Positions 36,914-45,651 of a stretch of 47,633 nt of DNA are shown here, in pieces. The notes beneath the pieces were generated by a model, which worked only from the letters and a program-made list of their open reading frames with translations, was not told where the DNA came from and did not search any database. Source of the DNA: an uncultured Erysipelotrichaceae bacterium (GTDB lineage: Bacteria; Bacillota_I; Bacilli_A; RF39; UBA660); contig CACZTK010000060.1 of assembly GCA_902784095.1 (NCBI GenBank), positions 1 to 47,633 on the forward strand. The letters are read 5' to 3'. The translations under genes and the position numbers were made by a program. Within the stretch, counting starts at the first letter, position 1; every line of letters begins with the position of its first letter.

Positions 36914-36942
36914 ATTTTACTAAGGTTTACACAAATAGTCAA
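36914..36942 (-). promoter_or_regulatory. sigma-A type promoter of the HTH gene
   Basis: On the - strand: TTGACT (36942-36937), a 17-nt spacer, then TAAAAT (36919-36914). Confidence 0.55.
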
Positions 36943-36973
36943 GAAAAAAGTATGTAAAACACTTTACATACTT
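36941..36973 (-). terminator. rho-independent terminator of mnmA
   Basis: There is a perfect 11-bp stem, AAGTATGTAAA / TTTACATACTT (36948-36973), followed on the - strand by TTTTTCTT. Confidence 0.75.
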
Positions 36974-37005
36974 GAAAAATATATTTTTTTTGGTATAATG
37001 AAAAC

Positions 37006-38112
37006 CTATAAATACCATAATTTCTCATTACTTTTTCTTACTTCTTTGATTATTCCTCCACCAATACAAATATCATCTACATATAATACACATGCTTGTC
37101 CAGGTGTTACTGATTTTACTTTATCATAAGATACTAAAATATTACCATCATCTAAGTATTCTAAGTTTACTGGAACATCTTCTTGTCTATATCTAAATTT
37201 TGCTGTACACTTACTTGGTCTTAAATCACAATTAATATTAACTGTATCAATTATACAACTATCAGAATATAAATATTCATTATCTCCAAATGATATATAT
37301 AAAACATTTTTCTCTAAATCTTTACCTACAACAAACATCTTCTCTTTATTGCCACCAATATCAAGCCCTTTTCTTTGTCCAATAGTATAGTACATTAGAC
37401 CAATATGTTCTCCCACTTTCTTATTAGTAGCAATATCTATAACATCACCAGGTTGAGCTGGTAAATAGTTTTTTAAGAAATTCTTAAAATTTCTTTCTCC
37501 AATAAAACATATACCAGTAGAATCCTTTTTGTTTGCTGTAATTAAACCTTGTTGTTCTGCAATTAATCTAACATCTTTTTTTTCTATATCTCCAAGTGGA
37601 AATATAACATTTTCTAATTGCTTATTACTCAATTGTGATAAGAAATATGTTTGATCTTTATTTTGATCTTTAGAACGTTTTAAATATCCATCTTCCATCT
37701 TAGCATAATGACCAGTAGCAATATAATCGGCACCCAATTTTTTAGCTTCTTTTACAAAGTAATCAAACTTAATATACTTATTACACATTATATCAGGATT
37801 AGGAGTTCTACCCTTTTTTAACTCATCTAGAAAATAAGTAAAAACGTAATCCCAATATTCTTTAACAAAATCTACTCTATGAAGTTCTATACCTAGTTTT
37901 TCACATACTTTTTTAGCATCATTATAGTCTTGTTCTTGAGGACATATGTTTTGATTATCAATATTTGGATTGCCTAATATATCATTATTTACTAATGAAT
38001 CCCAATTACGCATAAATAATCCTTCTACTTCATATCCCTGTTCTTTTAATAAATATGCTGCAACAGAAGAATCAACTCCACCAGACATTCCTATAACAAC
38101 TTTTTTGCCCAT
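37006..38112 (-). CDS. mnmA: tRNA 2-thiouridine(34) synthase
   Basis: The ATG at 38112 follows TAGGTGA. It has the PP-loop [15 protein letters not shown], the CNKYIKF region, and catalytic Cys contexts ([10 protein letters not shown]). Confidence 0.9.
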   Translation of the reverse strand: MGKKVVIGMSGGVDSSVAAYLLKEQGYEVEGLFMRNWDSLVNNDILGNPNIDNQNICPQEQDYNDAKKVCEKLGIELHRVDFVKEYWDYVFTYFLDELKKGRTPNPDIMCNKYIKFDYFVKEAKKLGADYIATGHYAKMEDGYLKRSKDQNKDQTYFLSQLSNKQLENVIFPLGDIEKKDVRLIAEQQGLITANKKDSTGICFIGERNFKNFLKNYLPAQPGDVIDIATNKKVGEHIGLMYYTIGQRKGLDIGGNKEKMFVVGKDLEKNVLYISFGDNEYLYSDSCIIDTVNINCDLRPSKCTAKFRYRQEDVPVNLEYLDDGNILVSYDKVKSVTPGQACVLYVDDICIGGGIIKEVRKSNEKLWYL

Positions 38113-38144
38113 AGACATCACCTAGGCATATTATACTATATTAT

Positions 38145-38744
38145 TTAATATTTGAAAAGTTTTAGTATTAAAGGAATTACATATATTTCTAAAATACTAC
38201 TTATTAAAATAAATATAATTGAGATAATCATTATCTTTATATATTTCTTCATAATATTTCTAAAGCTTATATCTTTCTTTGTAAATAACAATTTATTAAG
38301 ATTCTTTGAAAAAGTAATAGCATAATAACTAATATATGTAATAGAAAATAAGTTCAAAAGTAATGGTATTATATAGAAAAAAGCAATTAATATACCCTTA
38401 AATTTATACATATATATAATACTACTAATACTAAAACCTAAGATAAAACTCTTTATTATTAATACTAATATAATAATAGGAATTCCTATAATAGAAATAC
38501 CTAATAGCCAAATAAGTAATATGCATAATATATTACTTGAAAGACATTTTATAAAAGCACTAGAATAATCTATCTTTGATAATGAAGAAAAGTATGTTTT
38601 GATTGTATCTATCACTATTTTTTTATCATTACTTGATATAATTGCCATATAAAGTATTCCAAATAGTACTGATATGCTTATAATAATTAGTATTTTAAGT
38701 AATAACTTATTTTTTAATTTTCTTCTTATTCTATATTTCTTCAT
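38145..38744 (-). CDS. spoIIM: stage II sporulation protein M
   Basis: The protein is 199 aa with about 5 TM helices. LCILLIWLLGISIIGIPIIILVLIIKSFILGFSISS and the C-terminal SILEIYVIPLIL parallel what I recall of B. subtilis SpoIIM. Confidence 0.65.
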   Translation of the reverse strand: MKKYRIRRKLKNKLLLKILIIISISVLFGILYMAIISSNDKKIVIDTIKTYFSSLSKIDYSSAFIKCLSSNILCILLIWLLGISIIGIPIIILVLIIKSFILGFSISSIIYMYKFKGILIAFFYIIPLLLNLFSITYISYYAITFSKNLNKLLFTKKDISFRNIMKKYIKIMIISIIFILISSILEIYVIPLILKLFKY

Positions 38745-38843
38745 ATTTTCACCTACTCTATCATATGAGAATTTATAAAATAAAATGTTTTAATTGATAG
38801 ACAAAATAATTCAAATATTTTATAATTATTATGAGGTGTAAAT

Positions 38844-38930
38844 ATGAATGATAAAGTTATAAAAATTGTATCAATCATTTTGGTAATAATAATGTTACTT
38901 GGATTCTTTAGTATTCTTAGATTTATATAA
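38844..38930 (+). CDS. candidate 28-aa hydrophobic micropeptide
   Basis: MNDKVIKIVSIILVIIMLLGFFSILRFI. An ATGAGGTG RBS lies 6 nt upstream, and a terminator hairpin follows immediately. It is not in the supplied ORF track because it is too short. Confidence 0.4.
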   Translation: MNDKVIKIVSIILVIIMLLGFFSILRFI

Positions 38931-38932
38931 AA

Positions 38933-38965
38933 ACTTCACATTTGATTGTGAAGTTTTTTATTTTT
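38933..38965. terminator. bidirectional terminator
   Basis: ACTTCACA (38933-40) pairs with TGTGAAGT (38947-54), followed by TTTTTTATTTTT. It also abuts the end of the convergent 98-aa gene. Confidence 0.7.
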
Positions 38966-39254
38966 CTACATATCCTTCCAACTCAGGAGTAACATCATAT
39001 TTTTCACTACTAGTATATCTATTTATAATATCATTAATTCTTTTTTTATCTTTTGAAAAGTATAATAACAGTAATCCACCAATACGATTAACAGTATAGC
39101 TTTCTAATTTTTTTAAATCTGTCTGATCAATATTGTACTTAGAGCATATTTCAACAAGAGGACCATCCTTTTTTAAATAATGTAATAATGAATTGGAAAT
39201 TATATCTATGTCCCTATTCTTTTCTTTTAAAATTATTTTAGTCCATATTTTCAT
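38958..39254 (-). CDS. hypothetical protein (98 aa)
   Basis: It has a strong RBS (AAGGAGAGG) and its own consensus promoter. I recognise no motif. Confidence 0.7.
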   Translation of the reverse strand: MKIWTKIILKEKNRDIDIISNSLLHYLKKDGPLVEICSKYNIDQTDLKKLESYTVNRIGGLLLLYFSKDKKRINDIINRYTSSEKYDVTPELEGYVEK

Positions 39255-39280
39255 GATATATCCTCTCCTTATGTCTCAAT

Positions 39281-39309
39281 ATTATATAATAAATAAGTCC
39301 ATCTTTCAA
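39281..39309 (-). promoter_or_regulatory. consensus sigma-A promoter of the 98-aa gene
   Basis: On the - strand: TTGAAA (39309-39304), a 17-nt spacer, then TATAAT (39286-39281). Confidence 0.65.
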
Positions 39310-39319
39310 ATAGTTTTAA

Positions 39320-39341
39320 CTAAAAAGAGACCTTAGTCTCT
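39320..39341 (-). terminator. rho-independent terminator of spoIVB
   Basis: On the - strand, AGAGAC / GTCTCT has the stop codon in its loop, followed by TTTTT. Confidence 0.6.
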
Positions 39342-40328
39342 TAATTTGTCTCCTTCTTTTAACATCGTAGTTATAAATATACCATATCCTTTTGAAGCAT
39401 CTGAAACGATAACATGTGTAACAGCTCCAATAATTTTATCATTTTGAATAATTGGAGAACCACTCATTCCCTGAATTATACCTCCAGTTTTTTCTAATAA
39501 AGATTTATCATTTATTTCAAATAGTATATTTTTAGTATCACTATCTTTATCAATATTTAGGATATTAATCTTAAAATCTTCAACTTTTTTTCCATCAATT
39601 ACTGTTCTGATAGTTGCCTGTCCTTTCTTAATATCTTTACTAGTACCTACTTCTAATAAGTTAGTTTCTTCTAATTTTTCAGTATAATTACCAAATATAC
39701 CAGATATATTGTTTTCTTCAATAGTCCCATATACCGCTGACTTTTCATATCTAGCATTTTTTTCTCCAGCATCACCATCAGTACTTTTCTCAATTCCTAC
39801 AACACTTGCTCCAAAGATATAACCACCATCTATTTCAAATTTTTTTGCCGTTGTTTTTTCATCAATTTCATGTCCTAAAGCACCATAAATCTTCGTATTC
39901 GGATCAACATATGTCAACGTTCCAATTCCTGTTATTTTGTCCTTAATATATATACCTGATTTAACAATACCATCCTGATCTTCTAATAGATTAAGTTTAA
40001 TAGTTTTTTCTTTACCATTTCTTAGTATCAAAAATTCTACTGTATTAGATTGTGCTTCATTAATAGTTTTAATCATAGATGATACTCCATCAACTTCAAT
40101 ACCATTTAGTTTAAGAATAATATCACCTATTTCAAAACCAGCATCTTTAGCAATATATGCATCCTCTACCTTATAAAATCCAACAACTAATACTCCTTTC
40201 GAATTAACTTCAATACCAACTGTTTCTCCACCTGCTATTACATAATTGGAATAAGCAAAGACATTTAGTGGTATAATAAAAAGAAGAAGTATAATAAATA
40301 AACTATGTAGTTTGTTTTTAATATTCAT
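39333..40328 (-). CDS. spoIVB: SpoIVB peptidase (S55) with PDZ domain
   Basis: The RBS is AGAGGTGA and a signal anchor is present. The PDZ region is GFEIGDIILKLNGIEV. S55 motifs: GIGTLTYVDP...YGALGHEI and GMSGSPIIQNDKIIGAVTHV. Confidence 0.85.
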   Translation of the reverse strand: MNIKNKLHSLFIILLLFIIPLNVFAYSNYVIAGGETVGIEVNSKGVLVVGFYKVEDAYIAKDAGFEIGDIILKLNGIEVDGVSSMIKTINEAQSNTVEFLILRNGKEKTIKLNLLEDQDGIVKSGIYIKDKITGIGTLTYVDPNTKIYGALGHEIDEKTTAKKFEIDGGYIFGASVVGIEKSTDGDAGEKNARYEKSAVYGTIEENNISGIFGNYTEKLEETNLLEVGTSKDIKKGQATIRTVIDGKKVEDFKINILNIDKDSDTKNILFEINDKSLLEKTGGIIQGMSGSPIIQNDKIIGAVTHVIVSDASKGYGIFITTMLKEGDKLRD

Positions 40329-40431
40329 AACATCACCTCTTAAAAACTTACTACATTATTATCATATACTATCTTCCAAAAACTATTTTAGATAAAATTT
40401 CCAATTAACTATTACTATTATATATTAACCA

Positions 40432-42273
40432 TTAACAATTTTTACCATCGGTTTTTATTTTTTGATTACTCTTTGTTTTTCCTTTTATAAAATCAGATAA
40501 TTTCATATAACTATCAGTATCTAATTTTTTATTTTTTGATAAAGTATTAAAGATATCAGATTCAGTTAAACTATCTTTTCTAGATATTTCTCTTTCTACT
40601 TTAAATTTAGATACTAATAAACCATTAATATTATATACTCTATTACTATCTTGATATTCACTTAATTTTGCTAAGAATTCATCTTTACTAATAATACTAT
40701 CACCATTATTATATCCAGATAAACTTAAAATATAACTATCCAAATCATCATCTTTTATCATAAATCTATCACTATCTAATATTGCTTTTATATTAGTATC
40801 ATCAGTTAATAAATTTAATCTTCTACATAATTCTAATCTCTTATATCTAGAAACATCATAACCTAATAAAGAAATATCTTTCTCAAGATCAGTTTCAAGA
40901 CCAAGTTCTAATAAGATATCAAATCTTAAAGTCAAATCCTTTTCTTTAATAAATGAAATATCTTCATCATCTTTTAATGAATCGGTATACATATATGTAT
41001 CTATAATACCTAAATTATTAGAAATAATTTTGGAATCAGTTAATAATATACCATTTTGTTTTTCTATAGTTTCCTTTGATACTTTCATTTCTTTAAGTTT
41101 TCTTATGTTGAAGATTAAATTTTTGTAATCATCACTATCGTCAGTACCAAATATACTCCTGTGACTAGAAATAAAATCTTTATTTAGAAAACCTAATTCA
41201 TATTGACTAAATATATATTCTAATTTATTAGTATCAACATTTTTAATTAAATTTTCTATATCTTGCTCTTTAATAATATCCATATCAGATAATAATCTTA
41301 ATATATTTTCAAGTTCATCATAATCATATTCATAGAATAAATCTTTGCTTTTAATTTTATACTTAGATAATAATTGCTCACGTTTTTTTACTTGACTTTG
41401 ACTACTCTTTAAATATTGTTTTTCTAATTCTTTATTATATGTCATATTATGTTCATAAATAGCTTTTACTAATTCTAACTTTGTCTCATCACTTAGTTTT
41501 TTATATGAACTAGGTATATTAGTTATTTCCTTTTTATCTTTATTATTATTTAAGTATTTAATTATTTCATCATAAGCATTAGCCTTTTTTCTTAATGAAG
41601 TTAAATTTCCTTTAACTTTTCGATCAAATTCACGAGCATTTTCTGCTATCAATGTAGTGCATAAACCTATATACAATCTTTTTCCTGGTACATCCCTTTT
41701 TATATCATCGTATGTAGGATCACTTTCCATATCAATACAAGCTCCATAACAAACAACTTCACAAACATCTTGACTGTCACCATTATCTTTCATGTATTGA
41801 AGCATTTCTATCATTGGAAATTTACTTGCTGTAACTAAGGTTCTCAATTCTATTATTTTTGTTGATAATTTAATAACCTCACTAACTTTTTTACTATTAT
41901 TAGAAAAATCTAATAAAATTTTATTACTTTTAAATAAATCTAATAATTCACTTACAGAAGTTTCTTCTAATACTTTATCTAGAGAATCAATTATATCGAC
42001 TACATCATACATATTTCTTGTATTTAGTATTGTATCAATAAACTTAGTTTTATCAAAAAAATCTTGATTATATTCTTTATCTAATTTCATTGCAAGATAT
42101 ATTCTAGTAAGTATGTTAACAGTTTCTTTTCTATCCAAAGCATCAATATCAACTACATTAACTTTTATTCCTGATAATACCTGACTTAATTTTTCATATA
42201 TAGTATTCATAGAGTCCACTTCTTTTTGAAGTTCTTCACTCTCATTTTTAACTATACTAATTATTCTTTCCAT
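40432..42273 (-). CDS. hypothetical protein (613 aa, predicted all-helical)
   Basis: It overlaps the end of the upstream gene. The start is ATG 42273 (or 42282). It contains a CEVVCYGAC (CX3CX3C) cluster. I recognise no NTPase or nuclease motif. Confidence 0.8.
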   Translation of the reverse strand: MERIISIVKNESEELQKEVDSMNTIYEKLSQVLSGIKVNVVDIDALDRKETVNILTRIYLAMKLDKEYNQDFFDKTKFIDTILNTRNMYDVVDIIDSLDKVLEETSVSELLDLFKSNKILLDFSNNSKKVSEVIKLSTKIIELRTLVTASKFPMIEMLQYMKDNGDSQDVCEVVCYGACIDMESDPTYDDIKRDVPGKRLYIGLCTTLIAENAREFDRKVKGNLTSLRKKANAYDEIIKYLNNNKDKKEITNIPSSYKKLSDETKLELVKAIYEHNMTYNKELEKQYLKSSQSQVKKREQLLSKYKIKSKDLFYEYDYDELENILRLLSDMDIIKEQDIENLIKNVDTNKLEYIFSQYELGFLNKDFISSHRSIFGTDDSDDYKNLIFNIRKLKEMKVSKETIEKQNGILLTDSKIISNNLGIIDTYMYTDSLKDDEDISFIKEKDLTLRFDILLELGLETDLEKDISLLGYDVSRYKRLELCRRLNLLTDDTNIKAILDSDRFMIKDDDLDSYILSLSGYNNGDSIISKDEFLAKLSEYQDSNRVYNINGLLVSKFKVEREISRKDSLTESDIFNTLSKNKKLDTDSYMKLSDFIKGKTKSNQKIKTDGKNC

Positions 42274-43249
42274 TAGTATCATCTACCTTTTCTTTTACTT
42301 TATTTTTTTTAGTATTATTACCTAACATTGAAAATAATTCAGTTTGATAACATATATTTTCTTGAATAAATGTTGGTTCATCTTTTAAAGCTATTAAAGA
42401 ATCTTTATAATTTTGGTAATTTTTATAACTTAGCTCAACTCTTGTAGTATATGCTTTATCTACATTTGTCTTTTTAACAAATGCAGATATTATAGCATAA
42501 TCCTTTTTTCCTATACGTGCAAATAAAACTCTGGTTTTAAAATCACGCACTTCACATAAACCAGTAAATTTATCATTACTTACAAATCTTTTTACATTCT
42601 TAAATGTACCATCAATTATTGACTCAAAAAGTCCATTAAATCTCTCATAATAATCTTCATTAATACTTGATAATTCTTCAATTACTTTAATATTACCTGA
42701 AATAGTAGGAACAAATACTAAATTGTTTTTAACTACTTTGTCTTCTTTTAATTGTTCTTCTTGTTCCCTTTTAACTGTTTCTATTTTCTTATTTAATATA
42801 TTAACTTCTTCTTTAAACTCATATAAATCACTTGCAGATAAAGTTGCTTGTTCTTCAAATAATAATTCTTCAATTTCTTTTATTTGTTTTAAATACTCAC
42901 AACAAATTCTAGTGATAATATTATCGTAATTTACATTATTTTTTGAAGGCAAGGCAAATTCAATATCTCCCTTTAAAAATTCTTCATCACTTATAGAATC
43001 TAGCATTGACATATAATATTCTACACTATCATCGAAAAAAGTAATTTCATCATCTGATTCAGTTTCATCTACAGTAATTGTATCTACATCTTTTTTTTCT
43101 TCTACTATAGAAGGTTTTGATTTCATAATTATAGGAACAATTTCTTTTTGCATAGAAAGTGCTATCGCATGATTACTTTCTATGGCTTTAATATAATCCT
43201 CTGGTTTTAAGTTATTATTTTCTTCTAAAACTGTAAATTCTAGTGCCAT
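42257..43249 (-). CDS. hypothetical protein with a C-terminal HigB/Gp49-like (RelE superfamily) domain
   Basis: The ATG at 43249 lies 8 nt after GAGAGGGG. The C-terminal region VFVPTISGNIKVIEEL...FTGLCEVRDFKTRVLFARIGKKDYAIISAFVKKTN follows the Gp49/HigB pattern (..L.ELR....RI.Y....g..ivll.gF.KKt). The N-terminal ~190 aa are acidic and coiled-coil. Confidence 0.55.
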   Translation of the reverse strand: MALEFTVLEENNNLKPEDYIKAIESNHAIALSMQKEIVPIIMKSKPSIVEEKKDVDTITVDETESDDEITFFDDSVEYYMSMLDSISDEEFLKGDIEFALPSKNNVNYDNIITRICCEYLKQIKEIEELLFEEQATLSASDLYEFKEEVNILNKKIETVKREQEEQLKEDKVVKNNLVFVPTISGNIKVIEELSSINEDYYERFNGLFESIIDGTFKNVKRFVSNDKFTGLCEVRDFKTRVLFARIGKKDYAIISAFVKKTNVDKAYTTRVELSYKNYQNYKDSLIALKDEPTFIQENICYQTELFSMLGNNTKKNKVKEKVDDTNGKNN

Positions 43250-43275
43250 ACTATCTACCCCTCTCATAGTCGTAT

Positions 43276-43304
43276 ATTATACCATAAAATGCTATAAAAA
43301 TCAA
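43276..43304 (-). promoter_or_regulatory. near-consensus sigma-A promoter with extended -10
   Basis: On the - strand: TTGATT (43304-43299), a 17-nt spacer, then TGgTATAAT (43284-43276). Confidence 0.7.
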
Positions 43305-43325
43305 GAAAAAGGCACGTATATGCCT
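43305..43325 (-). terminator. rho-independent terminator of the sipW operon
   Basis: On the - strand, AGGCA / TGCCT (43325-43310) directly follows the stop, then TTTTTC. Confidence 0.6.
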
Positions 43326-44144
43326 TTATTCAAAGTGTATAGATCCAACATTTCTTTGTAAGACTTTACTATACCCATTATCACAATTTAAACCTAACCA
43401 ATATAGATAAGGATAGGGATAATATGAGTTATAGTTAGTATTCGTTTCTAAATACTCAGTAACCTCCTCAAACTCCTTTAAAGTCAGACTATAATCAGTC
43501 TCTATTAAATACTGATTAGAATCATCATCTGCTTCTCTCATAGTAGTATTATAATATCCAACTGAATTAAATAGTTTTTTTAAAGCAAGTGCATTCCCAG
43601 ATGGACCATGTCCAGTTACTAATTTACAATGACTTTCTTCAAGGTTAGCGTATAAATTAATGTCATTAGCAGGCATTGTAGTTTGAAAATTAGTCCAACT
43701 AACAAATGTGTGATATTTATCCAATAAATTATTTATATTAATATTTTCTATATTATCGTTATATCCTACTACCCTAGTAAATAATAATTCATTATTTAGA
43801 TAGTAATTTACATTATAATAGTTTTTATCCCATATAGCATATAATTCCTTATTATTAAGAATATTTAAATCAGAAATTTCACTACCATAATTAATATTAT
43901 TTAAATCACGATAATTTTTAAAACTATATCCAGTTCTAGTTGGTATAGGCAAAACAATTTTATTATTACTAACACTTAAACTAGTATTATCATAATATCC
44001 ATCATCAGTATGTAGTTTTATTTTATAAGAATTAGTATTAATACTATTAGTAAGATTATCACTAGTAGTATAATATGCAGATGCATTATCAATACTAGAA
44101 AACATAACACATAAAGTTAGTAATAAAATTAATACTTTATTCAC
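43326..44144 (-). CDS. secreted protein with two Listeria-Bacteroides (Flg_new) repeats and a SipW-type N-terminal motif
   Basis: The GTG start overlaps the sipW stop (GTGAATAA). The signal peptide ends NASA-YYTTSDNLTNSI. The repeats are YKIKLH...PTRTGYSFKNY...ELYAIW and YNVNYY...YHTFVSW...INLYANL. Confidence 0.65.
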   Translation of the reverse strand: MNKVLILLLTLCVMFSSIDNASAYYTTSDNLTNSINTNSYKIKLHTDDGYYDNTSLSVSNNKIVLPIPTRTGYSFKNYRDLNNINYGSEISDLNILNNKELYAIWDKNYYNVNYYLNNELLFTRVVGYNDNIENININNLLDKYHTFVSWTNFQTTMPANDINLYANLEESHCKLVTGHGPSGNALALKKLFNSVGYYNTTMREADDDSNQYLIETDYSLTLKEFEEVTEYLETNTNYNSYYPYPYLYWLGLNCDNGYSKVLQRNVGSIHFE

Positions 44145-44607
44145 GTTTTATTACCATCTCTTTTCTAAATAAATCTATAAATAAACTTAAACTAACTAAC
44201 AGCAATACATATTTATGATTATAAATAAAATCTACATAATAACCGATTAATGGAATAGAAAAATTTGTACCTTCTCCAAGAATCTGACTTGACACCTTAA
44301 AAGAATCTACTTTTTTATTAGCATCGCCTTTAGTTATAAATTCTTTATTCGAAATATCAACTATTCGATGTGATATGATATGTTTCTTTGATTTAAAAAC
44401 TAGTATTTCATTTTTCTTAAACTCATCCACTTTTTTTGGATGATAATACAATATACCACCAACCTTTAAAATAGGTTCCATACTACCAGATACTATTATT
44501 AAAGGATGATAATTCCATAATATAGGTATGAATATAACCAAATATATAGCTAACAATATAATTAAGATTTTTGCTATTATGTTTCTTAAAAACTCATACA
44601 TTACCAT
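44137..44607 (-). CDS. sipW: signal peptidase I, SipW (archaeal/ER) type
   Basis: The protein is 156 aa with N- and C-terminal TM helices. It has catalytic SGSMEP, a His in ISHRIV, and KGDAN. Its start overlaps the upstream stop (ATGGTAA). Confidence 0.85.
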   Translation of the reverse strand: MVMYEFLRNIIAKILIILLAIYLVIFIPILWNYHPLIIVSGSMEPILKVGGILYYHPKKVDEFKKNEILVFKSKKHIISHRIVDISNKEFITKGDANKKVDSFKVSSQILGEGTNFSIPLIGYYVDFIYNHKYVLLLVSLSLFIDLFRKEMVIKRE

Positions 44608-45215
44608 ATATTACTACTTGAATACTGTATAGTATCAATTCTTACTGTTAGAATATATCTAGCATTATCATAACCAGTCCCGTCTGATGTATAAGTAATT
44701 GTTTTTCCATCATCAGAAACAGTCTTAGATAATGATGCATTAATATTACTATTGAATGTGACACTATCAATAAAAGAATTAGTATCTTTTGTTGGATCTA
44801 CTGGTGTTTTGTTTCCTTTAGAACCATAATAGTAATAACCATCACTATCTTTTACCCATCCTGAATTAAAATTGATAATTGCCGCAGTATTCCCATTTGT
44901 ATCATTAAGTGACATTTCATTACCATTAGAATCAATCCACTTTTCAGTATAACTTGCTCTAACAGCAATTGGAACATCACCAGTATTAGTAACTTTAACA
45001 TTTTTTTGAATTGTATCTCCCGGTGCCCATGCCTCAGGTGATGTAAAACTTTCATTAATAGTAGTTTGATACTTTCCTGATTTAAAGTTATTTATAATCT
45101 CATCTGAGGTAGTAAAATAGGCCAATGTAGAACCAATCACAGTCAATACACCAATACTACTAAGTACTGCTATTTTCTTTTTATTCTTCCTTCTTCTTGC
45201 TTGAATGCTCTCCAT
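44601..45215 (-). CDS. SipW-dependent exported matrix protein (BsaA/TasA-like)
   Basis: The N-terminus RRRKNKKKIAVLSSIGVLTVIGSTLAYFTTSDEIINNF is the SipW-cognate signal class. The mature part is beta-rich (VKVTNTGDVPIAVRASYTEKW). Confidence 0.75.
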   Translation of the reverse strand: MESIQARRRKNKKKIAVLSSIGVLTVIGSTLAYFTTSDEIINNFKSGKYQTTINESFTSPEAWAPGDTIQKNVKVTNTGDVPIAVRASYTEKWIDSNGNEMSLNDTNGNTAAIINFNSGWVKDSDGYYYYGSKGNKTPVDPTKDTNSFIDSVTFNSNINASLSKTVSDDGKTITYTSDGTGYDNARYILTVRIDTIQYSSSNIW

Positions 45216-45237
45216 AAATTCCTCCTAAATAATATTT

Positions 45238-45251
45238 CTTGTTGCAACAAG
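45238..45251. repeat. perfect 14-bp palindrome in the sipW-operon leader (candidate operator or 5'-UTR hairpin)
   Basis: CTTGTTGCAACAAG lies 22 nt upstream of the first start codon of the operon. Confidence 0.5.
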
Positions 45252-45393
45252 TGAAGACAATATATCAGAAAAAAATAATGAGTGCAAATGACTATTTTGT
45301 AAAATTAAAAAGAGAAAAACTATCAAAAAAATAATTTTTCTCAATCCAATTTATTAAATTCAAATATAAAAATATACTGAAAAATAAAGTTTA

Positions 45394-45651
45394 TTACTTT
45401 TTAATTTTTAATTCTACTATAGTACATCCATTATTAAAATTATCAAGCTTATAATTTTTTACATTACTATTATGTTTTAATTCCTCAAAAACAGCATTCT
45501 TAACTATTCCTTTTCCTATACCATGAACAATAATAATTTTTTCTTCTTTTAATTTTATTTGATCTTCAATAAAATCTCTTACTAGTATTTTTGCATAATC
45601 TCTATCTATTCCATGCAAATCTATGGTTGGCATATTACTATATAACTTCAT
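45394..45651 (-). CDS. Smr domain protein
   Basis: The protein is 85 aa with IDLHG...IIVHGIGKGIVK, as in small MutS-related domains. Its start overlaps the end of the kinase gene. Confidence 0.75.
   Translation of the reverse strand: MKLYSNMPTIDLHGIDRDYAKILVRDFIEDQIKLKEEKIIIVHGIGKGIVKNAVFEELKHNSNVKNYKLDNFNNGCTIVELKIKK

Noticed and set aside
36924-36951. A second dif-like sequence on the - strand (ACTTTTTTCTT-GACTAT-TTGTGTAAACC) lies at the far edge of the HTH/327-aa islet. It might have marked the other end of a Xer-integrated element.
   Set aside because: Only the XerD-like arm is good (9/11) and the XerC-like arm is 5/11. It is inverted relative to the real dif, whereas integration would leave direct repeats. 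It also coincides with a functional-looking -35 box and the mnmA terminator tail. This is most likely chance in AT-rich DNA.
38745-38843. A CATATGAT element upstream of spoIIM could be a sigma-E type -10 box.
   Set aside because: It gives only a partial match. I found no convincing -35 at the right spacing, and it lies almost on top of the RBS. It cannot be supported from sequence alone.
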